The position numbers were made by a program, and so were the translations under genes. Positions 1 through 9,818 of a stretch of 14,066 nucleotides of DNA are shown here, in pieces. The notes beneath the pieces are model-generated. The model was given only the letters and a program-made list of their open reading frames with translations. It did not search any database and was not told where the DNA came from. Numbering within the stretch: the stretch's first letter is position 1; every line of letters begins with the position of its first letter. The DNA is from Azolla caroliniana (taxonomy: Eukaryota > Plantae > Polypodiophyta). The DNA lies in assembly GCA_043228905.1 (NCBI GenBank), contig JBHGNT010000901.1:1-14066 (forward strand), in the 5' to 3' direction.

Positions 1-2260
1 AAGATTTTCAACACCTCAACTTACATAAAGGAAACTAGGCACCTGACAATGTGAAGAGGCACATTTTTCTTTTTCGTCTTAGGAATCATACAGTTGCTCC
101 TTGATTTATAAATATCATAAGCCTATACTATAGTGATGAGTGAATGTAACTTTTTGAGTAATTTGTTCATCAAATTACATTGAATCACACGAGTGTAATT
201 TACTATTGACTATTGTGCATCCATGCAAGGCCATTGTAATGTATTTACTTGTTACATATGTACATATATGCCACCTCAAATAATGTGTAGATGGCATACA
301 TGCAATTCACCTCCAACTTTCTCATTAAATTCCACAAGAATGGAAATTTCATGATGATCTAAAAATGATCATATATGTCACGACACATTATCAATAGAAA
401 CTATATTATTTGAGAAAAAAGAAATAGTTGGGGCTATATTGTAATGCCTTTCTTTGGTATTGGAGAGATCGCATCAATTAGATTGGATGCATTATCCTTT
501 ATTACGTCTGTCTCTTACCAATAGGCCATGAGAGTGAGGTGTACCAACTTGCCATCAACAACTCAATGGCCATATATAAATATGTAATTATTGTATACAG
601 TAAACCAATTTCAATCTATGAGAAGTGGCCTAGCCCAACCAATCAAGTGGACCTAGGCCAAGTGTTGTTGAAAACCATTTGAGTTTGTCTGCTCAAGGCA
701 TTTTGATAAAAATATTGTAATGATGATATATGAAGATGTTGGACCCTAGCTCCAATGTAGTCTTAGTGTATTTCAATGTGCATGCCACACCAAGTTTTGC
801 AAAAATTGTATGATACTCATGTCATCGCACAAGATTCAAACTAGTCTACGAAAGTGGATTTTAAAATCCATTAGAACTTGCTTAGTCACATGACTTCACA
901 TGCGAACAACCCATGCACCCCTATTCACCATCGTTGTTCTCAACTAAACCACAATTGGTTAATAGTTGCTAATGTAGAAGGAAGCCCAATTTCATAAGTT
1001 GACCAAGCGACCAATCTAGTCAACATCCAAAAACACCCAGTCATTACATGGTTAAACTAGAAGATAGTCGTGGTTTCATTTAGTGTCCAATTGCTTATCA
1101 AATTTAGAAGGTTTTGTGATGTTATTATTTGGCCCCAAAACAATAGATTTTCCTATTATTTACATAACTTGGCATGAAGACAGATGTAGAAACCACTTCC
1201 CTCTTTTGAGGCACTAAGGAATTTGGAGTAGTGATGTGGCATTCTATTTATTGGAGCAAATCAAAATTCTCTTTAACAATCAACAACAGTTTGGTTTGAA
1301 CCAAATCGCAAAAATACAACTTAACGATTTAATTGATTCAGTTTTTTTTAACAGTTCAGGGTTTGGGGTGTGAACTACTCGGTTTGATTCAATCCACTAA
1401 GTTTTATGACTTTGATCCGACAATGTAAAAACCACCAAGCAAACAGCTAAAGAGAGCTTATTAAAGAGTAGAGAAGCTTATATCTTTATGAGAGAGATGG
1501 CGAGTCACTTGATCTTATGCAATTTGAAAATTTTATGAGATTTTTAAGCCGAAGTACAAATGTGATACATGCTCTTAATTCTCGAAATAGACCAACTTCC
1601 AAATGATTATAGAACATAGATGATACATGCTTAGAGTTGAAATAGAAATCTCATATCGACCAGCAGGAAATTAATTCAATGATTTTACATTCCCAACTTC
1701 CCACCCTACAGCATATCAAAGGACGATGGGAGTTCATTAAATATCAAAACAAAAAAATGTTAGACAATGGGCTAAAACAATATACAGTGTTCTTTGGTGT
1801 GGGAAGTGTATTTGAAAGTATGCACACATGTGTTCCTTATATTCCATAATCTGGATATTGACACATCAACCTCAATAACTGTTGGATATTTAATATTCTC
1901 CACCCAAAATCCTGATATTATGTGATTCCTTTGGCAAAGAAATACAAATTTTCCATTTTCTTTTTTTCTTAAAAATGAGACATTCACCACCTCTAAAGTG
2001 AATAGAGACAAAAGGATTACAATCCCTTTAAATTCGACTGGGAACTCGATATAGGCTAATTAGTGATACATTTCACAGCTACTAACAAATCATTTGATAC
2101 TCACACACGAGAGTACATATATGCATGATGGAGACTAGCCTTATGTCAAACAATAAATTCCATGTCAGCCAAGAGCTATATTCTTATACCTCATAGGTAA
2201 ACTTGAATGTCACTCTCTCCTTTTCTTAAAGGCAATAATGAAATTGAATCTCTCAAAATC

Positions 2261-2354
2261 CTGAAAGAAAGCTTAAGAAGAAAGAAGGTTAAAAGCACAC
2301 AAAAATATATTCGCAGCAAAATGTATAGCAATCAGTTTACTTGCTACTACTCAC
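2261..2354 (-). other. Predicted 94-nt intron in the 3' UTR of the RRM gene
   Basis: Consensus donor TTG|GTGAGT at 2354, T-rich interior, long pyrimidine tract and acceptor ccttctttcttcttaagctttctttcag|G at 2261. Confidence 0.7.
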
Positions 2355-2413
2355 CAAGATATTTCAGCCTCTTTGATTTACAAAAAGATGGGGTTCCTCT
2401 TAGAAATGCCAGA

Positions 2414-2462
2414 CTATCGGTAGACATATTCAACTGTAATTTGTCTGCCAGCAAGACATGAT
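2414..2462 (-). CDS. Coding exon 7: RRM beta4 and stop (SCLAGRQITVEYVYR*)
   Basis: Acceptor ttttcttcttccag|A (phase 2). The 'LAGRQITVEY' ending is typical of RRMs. TAG at 2416-2414. Confidence 0.9.
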
Positions 2463-5028
2463 CTGGAAGAAGAAAAATGTGGAAGAAAATGTTAGTTTCT
2501 TGTTCACTCTATAGTCTTATTTATCTAGAACCCATTACTCGTAAGCCCTTCGCACATTCCTCATCAACTACATGGCAGTAAAAGACAAATCCTGAAGTTT
2601 TTTAACAGCCACGTTCTAATCTAGGAATGAAGGTCTAAACAATTTTTACCTCAATGTAAATGGAGCAATGCATTTTATTTTGTGATATTTATTTCTATAA
2701 CGAACCATTGCATACTAAAACACGGATTATGGACTTGCTAGTGTAGGATTTTGTTTGAAATGCTCTAAAATCCTATAAGAATCTTTAATCTCGCGTCACT
2801 GACATATTGCTAGAAACTTGCATCTTATACATGTGGTCAGCTTAGCCCTTGTCAGCAGAAACGAGCAAAACAGGGAGAATTTTCACCTGTGGAGATTCCG
2901 CTTGGCTGTTACTGCCTCTGCCTCACTGGCATAGCTGATTGTGAACGTATCTCCTCTTTCATTTTTCTTGAAATCCTGAAAGAAATTTCAGCTTATTTCA
3001 ATTCCTTTTTAAATGGTTATCAGTATTATTGCCCTACAATCTGGGCTTCAAAATCGAGAGCATGTGTGCACGAGTATGTAGAAGAGCCAGAGATTTAAGT
3101 ATGACAAAAAAAACTATTCATTGATTGCTAAAGTAGAATATAAATGTGTAAAATCCTACACATACCATAGTCCACTTGTCTCTTCTATTTGAAAATTATG
3201 AGCCATACAAAACTGCAGTGACTGATTCCCATAAGGGATAAATTCTTCTGATTTTTCGATTTTAACTATTATTTTATGGCATATACACGAGCATACAAGT
3301 GTAAATGTCACATAAACATGTATGTACATGTATATATGGCACATAAACATAAACACACCTCATTCATCAAGTGATCAAGCTCACTCTTGGATCATGTGAT
3401 GTTGCACAATGGAAATAACCATTCCAGAGTCATTCTCCATATTCAGTTCTAGCATGCACATTCTATCAAAATCATGATCATTGAATTGGCTGGAATTTTC
3501 TATTATCTCATGCATGGTTTAATGTAATATTAACTGCAGTTTTGTTACTTGTTGGAGCACCATTTGACTGAATTAATAGGATACTGGTGCAAAAGCCCCA
3601 ACTAACCTCTTGTCATGTAATCTCTCACCAGTGTGCCTCTGCTTTGGGTTATCAGGATACAGATAGCATGTGTGAGAGGGAGAATGTGGTGTAATTAGTT
3701 TGATGAGGTAGATAAATTTTGTTATCATCCTCAGAGGACAAATATGATCTATGGGATCAAAGTGAAATATTTTCATGATGTGTCTGTGGGCTTGATTACA
3801 GCCCCTTGATGCTCAAGAATTTTACATATGAAAGTTGTGATTAAAAGCGTGCAGTAGTATTAAGAGATAAACGTGTCTAGGGCTAGGACTAATTGAAAAT
3901 CTGGGAAAAGCAAACTCAAATGTGGTCAAAGATGGAGGATTGGTGTACACTCTAGAGTGTGAAGGTCGCAAACTTGTTTCAGGTGAAATATGCCTAGTTG
4001 GAATTCCTCATTTGTACCCTAACGACACATCTCTCATTCAATAAAATATGAGGTGAGTCATAAGTAAGCAATGGTTTGCATAGTCACACGAACATAGCAG
4101 AAATTCATTGAATCCAAGAGCCCACACATGACAACATGTGTTAGTTTCAGAGTGAGCAACCCCGTTGGCCCAAGATAAGGAAGACTTTCACAGCAGAAAT
4201 CCACAGATTCTAGGAGGAGAGAAAATACATGCAAACAAGTTTACACCTCAAAAGGGCCCATAGTGATTACGCATGAGAGAATAGGAAAAGGGTAGTAATA
4301 AGAAACTTGCTTTAATCCGAAACAGACAGAACATTTTCATTTGAAGTTCGAATTAACTTCTCATTCAAGTTATAGAATTTCACCCCATCAAGCACTTTCA
4401 AATGAATCAACATACTGTAAGGTTTTAATGAGTGCGTCTTTTTCCATGTTCAAGGAGTACATGTTTAGAAACACCGATACAGATACATACAAATGCAACT
4501 GATGAAAATTAGGATAATTATTATGGGAATTTTTACATATGCTGAATAATTAGTCTTACGCAGTTTAGAATGGTGAAATAAATATATAAGCTCGTAATTA
4601 GCATTACATATAAATACACTTGCCTGTAGAAACAAAATGACAACTGTATTTCACATTCCGCAACAGCAGAGATTAGTACATTTACAAGGAGACAGGTGTT
4701 TAAACCCTGATAAGTGGACAGCTTAGGCTACACAACATCTATAGTAGATTATATTTTGTCTACCTTTTAGTGCCCATAATTGCATTGCAGCATTTGGTGG
4801 GCCTCTATAACTAGTTCCTTTACCCTCAATACAGATAAGTAGATCAAAATTTAGGATAAACAAGTAATAAGCACATGCAAATGTATATATTCAAACACAT
4901 ATAAATGCATATGCACATTCCTAGAAGCAGATATAAGGCAAACCCCTAATGCATAAAAATGGCATTCATTACTTCACATGATTTTTTGACCACATGTAGA
5001 GATGATAAAAATGTTGAAAGCACATGCA

Positions 5029-5063
<35 letters not shown>

Positions 5064-8000
5064 TGTATGTATGTATGTATGTATGTATACCCCAAATGCA
5101 TAAAAAATATCTTTCAATACTTCAACCGTTTTTTGGATCACATGTGGAGATGAATCATATATAGAATTGATAATACACTCAGGAAAAAGAAATAAACGAG
5201 TCACCATTCTCTAAGATTTCCTTACATAAACATTAAAAAAATCCCAACAATCATTGTTTGTTAGAGACTGGACTGGATCTTCTGGTACTTACAGTTATTT
5301 TGCCAAGCTTCTCAAAGGCCTCAACCACAGTTGACATAGAAGTGTCATTGGGCAGTCCACTGACAGCCAGTATTCTGAAAAGAGAACAATCATTCCAGTA
5401 ACTTAGACCTAGATATCTTTAGTTGCTCAAAACATTGCTTCCATGGAAATTGAGAAAATTATTTGAATACATATGGAAATAATAACAGGGAAAAACTCAT
5501 AAATACCCCATGTTTTATTATTCCCCAAAATACCCCGAAGATTTTGATACTTCCCCTAATGATCTTGGTCACATTAATATATATTCATCCCATGTTCTTC
5601 TCTTTCAGGGGCTGATTGACCTGATACATTTGGGGAGTTAACAAAAACATTAGAGCATTTGGGAATGTGAGAAAGTGCAGGGTACTTTGGAGTTTTTCCT
5701 GTAAAAATATCTAAATATATGGAACCTGCTTTTCCGTATAGGTTGATGTAACTTGACAACATTGTTGCCAGAGATTGTATTCACAGAAGCATCCACATCT
5801 TCATCTTGGGCAACCTTCGACCGTGAAGATGGTCCTAATCGTGCGGCAAGACTTGACGATCGAGATGTCTCTTGTAAAGATGCTGGTTTAGACTCGTATA
5901 TTTTTTTATTCATCTCCTTTCCAGATTTGGAAACATTACTTAATGTTGTATCTCGATCAAATTTACGATTATATGGCAACCCATTTCTTAGCATTCTCTC
6001 TCTCTCAATTTTCCACCTTGCATCATAAATCTCATTATGGTCAATGTTTCCATCTGACAAGGAAGTCACATTATAGAGTTCAACTTCATCTGCATTAAAG
6101 TGTCGAAAGTTTGGACTAAGGGGTATCCCTGGCGGCCCTATGCCTCCATGTATTTGATTATTAAGAGTTCCTCCATCTCTTCCCCACATACTATTTCGAA
6201 TGTTGCGTCCACGCATATGATCCTTTTTGTGATGATGTAGCATAGAATCTGGTGGCCAACTGAACTGCCTTCCATTACCAGATGATTCTGTTTCTCCCCC
6301 AGACTTACTACTATTGGGACCCAATCTCCCTACTTTATGGATAGGTCTTTGACCCCTCATAAAATGTTCCATTCTTCCTAGTATCATATCAGATGGTGGA
6401 GGCGGTGGTGGTGGTGGTGGCGGAAAATACTTAGGAATATGTGCTCTTGGACGAAGATTATCAAAAGCCAAAAATGGATTCACTACACCAGATCCTATAG
6501 GTGGAGTCAAAGGATGATGCATAGCATTTGCAAGAGTTTCTTGAGCCAGATGCAGTGCATGAGTTCTCAGAAGGTGTTCTTGAGCTAGCATTTCTTGGAG
6601 ATGAACCTATCATTCACAAGGGAGAAATAACGAAAAGCTATGTCAGAACTTGGAATAAAAATTTGGTGAAAACTTCAAAAAATACACTCCCAAGGTTTAC
6701 TTTATTTCCCAAAAGCCCGAGTTCTCCTTTACCAAATTTCCTTGGTCAACTCACTCTATGTGCTATTTGAGCAATCAGATCGTTCCATTTTCTCAATCAT
6801 ACGGCTACTTGAGCAACAAAATGATGAACCCATTCCTGTTTTCTCGCTTTCAGGGATTGACAGGGGACATTTAGGGAAATAATGAAAACATTGGGGTGCA
6901 TTTCAGAGATCCTACCTACGAAATTATCCCTTAAGATACCAGAAAACTAATCACTGTCTCCAAATATATAATAGACCAATCAAAAACTAGCAATTACATG
7001 GGGCCTTCCAATCCCTCCAAAGGGACCAAATCCTTGAGGCATTCTGAAAGGCCTTCCAGGACCCATTATTCCAGGGGCTAAATTTCCTTGGCCCAACCCT
7101 ATCATCCTCGTGTTCACACCCCGGCCACCTGCTTTGTTGGAGAACACCCATATTATTATTGGGACATTGAGAACGAGACCATCCAATGTATAATAGCAAA
7201 AAAAAATTAAAAAATTATTATTATTATTAACCTGAATTTGGAAAGCCAATGAGATTCTCCATTGTTTTTTCACTGAAAATAAACTAGATTAGTATATGAT
7301 TAGCTTATATGTATAAAACTATAGTCAGAATGATCTGGATTCTGTACCAAATGTAATTTATACTCATGGCCTTACCAAATTAAGTAACTGCATGTACAGT
7401 GAGCTATATAAAAGTGAATGACAACGCAGATATATATCAAATCAGCGTAACAAAATTGATAACAAAAAATATAAAACTAGAGCATTCAAGTGCAAATCTA
7501 CAAAATACCACAGCTTCAGAAAATGCATATACTCTAGGAAAAGATTAAATGAATTCCAGTTCCAATCTGAATAGAATCAATATATTCTTTATTTCATAAT
7601 TAGTTCATCAACTGAATTAAGCTCTGATAATATCCTCTTAGACTCTGGCTGAATTTTAAAATGTGCAAAGAATTTCAGCTGTACACAAACTTTGAAAATG
7701 ATTTGGATCTGATACACAGACATCTGATCCTATGGAGATGAATTCTAACAAAAAGTGACAACATTTTCTTTTCTCCTACAATAAACATATATTGTGTTTC
7801 TAAAGCACGAAGAAAATTGAGTAAACTTTCTAATTTCAAGCAGTATTATACTTCGACAATAGCAAAACAACAGCGATTCGAATATAATTTCCTCTAGTCA
7901 CAAGATAAAGACAATCACCAACAAGAATCTTGAAAGGCTTGTGCATTCAATTTGGTGACACCACAAGAACAAGAAACATTATAAGATCTTGGAAATCCGC

Positions 8001-9761
8001 AATCTTCAAAAGTAAAGCATTTTAAAATCCTGGTTCAAACTTGACAATTCAAACCTTTTTCCCTCTAGCTACATAATTTACAGATGATAAAACAACAAAC
8101 CCTACCTTGCTGAAGTGTAAGGTTGAAGACCTTCGAGACACGCCTCCTCTCCTTCCGTCTTGTAATTTCTCTTACCTTCACTACTTATATGTTTCTCAAC
8201 CATAGAAAAAGCTTTTCTTTTTTTCTTTTCTGGACCATGAATTTCATTACAAGTTCCACCTTCTGTACCATTTTCATAACTCTGAGGCTGCTTAAAGCCA
8301 GAAACAATCACCATGAGTACTCTTAAACTCTCTGTTACAAGATCCTAAAGGATGATCGATACATCAACATAGGAAATGTTTAAATCAAACATTCAAATCA
8401 TTGAGTATGCAAATGACAATAAAAAATGCTGCTTTCAAGTGTATTTGAAATTGGGAAAACAAAATAATGTGTCATACTCTTCAATAACATATTCTCTGGG
8501 AAGGATGAAGCAGGACAGAGCCACGTTTTTTCTATAAAGTATTGCTTAAGACTCAAAATTATTGAAACTAAGTGAAGAAAGAACAGCAAAAGATTTTGTA
8601 TGCAAAGTTTCACAATATTGAAAATGCTAATACAGAGAGATACAAATATTTTGTTTTCTATTCAAAGTAAGTCCAAAGTTATTATGCAAACCTACCTCCT
8701 TATGTGTTCTGGAGGCAATCATCTATGTACTAAAAAACTCAAACATTCACTTGTCCAAAAAACCACACCTGATACCAATCTGGGGCTTCACTTCGTTTTG
8801 CTTTTGCAAAATCCTTCTTATGTGACACGACACAAAGGAGAGATTTCTTGAAATTATTGAAACTGAAGAATTTATACAAATCCTTTCTTTATTTACAGGA
8901 TCAAAAAGGAAGAGCTTCCTGATATACTTGAAAGGTGGAGATTTTTGCAAATCCTTTCTTTCTTTACATGAACACAAGGAGAAGATTATTGAGATACTTG
9001 CAAGTTAAGGATTTCCCAGCATCTGAGAGACGTAGTGGTCCCATTGTAGCATACATTTTGGAATATGAATAGCGCACAAGGTATTCTCCGATTCATGAAA
9101 TTTCCTCCTCTCTCTCATACTCTCCCTCCCTCTCTCTCTCCGGATGACAATGTATACTTCTTCTTTACAATTCTTCTTCTTCTTCTTTAGCCACATGACA
9201 ATGTGGAAGTATATGGAGATGCAAAGTTACTTGCTAAGAAACTGAAATCTGTCCTAAATGGCATTGAAGAATTATGTGCAGAAACATTGACGGCATCATC
9301 TAGAATCAATGCATGGTCTGTGCCACAACATCTAGCTCAGATCTAAGATTCTGATGTTTCTCGAAGGGAAAAGAAGTGATGGAAAAACAATGCTGGAAAT
9401 TCTTACGTTTCCATAGACTAGTGGAGTTGTATATGGAAGAGAATAGACTTTTAAATCTCTGCTAAAAATGACAACCTTGGAAGCTTCTAATAAAGATATG
9501 CGAAACAGTTCATGGGGAGAAGAGTGATAGAAAAGTATGACGATGCTAAGAATAATCCAATTTTGCATAGCATCAATGGCCATCGCATAGGGAAATAAAC
9601 CTCGAGATCTCTGCTAGAATTGGCCAAGTTTAGAGAAATAGTAGTAGTAAAAATAAACAAACGAAAACAGAAACAAAAAATGAGCAGTTTTGGAAGCTAA
9701 AAACGCTGCTTAGAATGGGAGAGAGGGGGAGAGAGGAGAGGATAAGAGAAGATATAGATAG

Positions 9762-9818
<57 letters not shown>

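Noticed and set aside
1-1900. Possible decayed TE or gene sequence downstream of the gene, including GGTTTG-rich patches at about 1290-1390
   Set aside because: I could not find a convincing ORF, protein motif, terminal repeat or splice chain by eye, so it is left unannotated. A RepeatMasker or BLAST search would be needed.
2540-2592. Cryptic exon in intron 6 (cttcag|GATTTG at 2591)
   Set aside because: The acceptor is preceded by an A-run instead of a pyrimidine tract, so support is too weak.
4940-4948. Single plant telobox AAACCCTAA in intron 5 (a similar AAACCCTAG near 12019)
   Set aside because: Isolated short matches far from a TSS are expected by chance in AT-rich DNA.
4959-5207. ORFs with CMYV / IHTY repeats
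   Set aside because: Artefacts of the (TATG)13 microsatellite.
5753-6028. Plus-strand 91-aa ORF (also 6528..6770, 9821..10030, 10137..10328, 2889..3098, 13643..13864)
   Set aside because: These are antisense shadows of real exons or of the LINE RT, with no independent coding signal.
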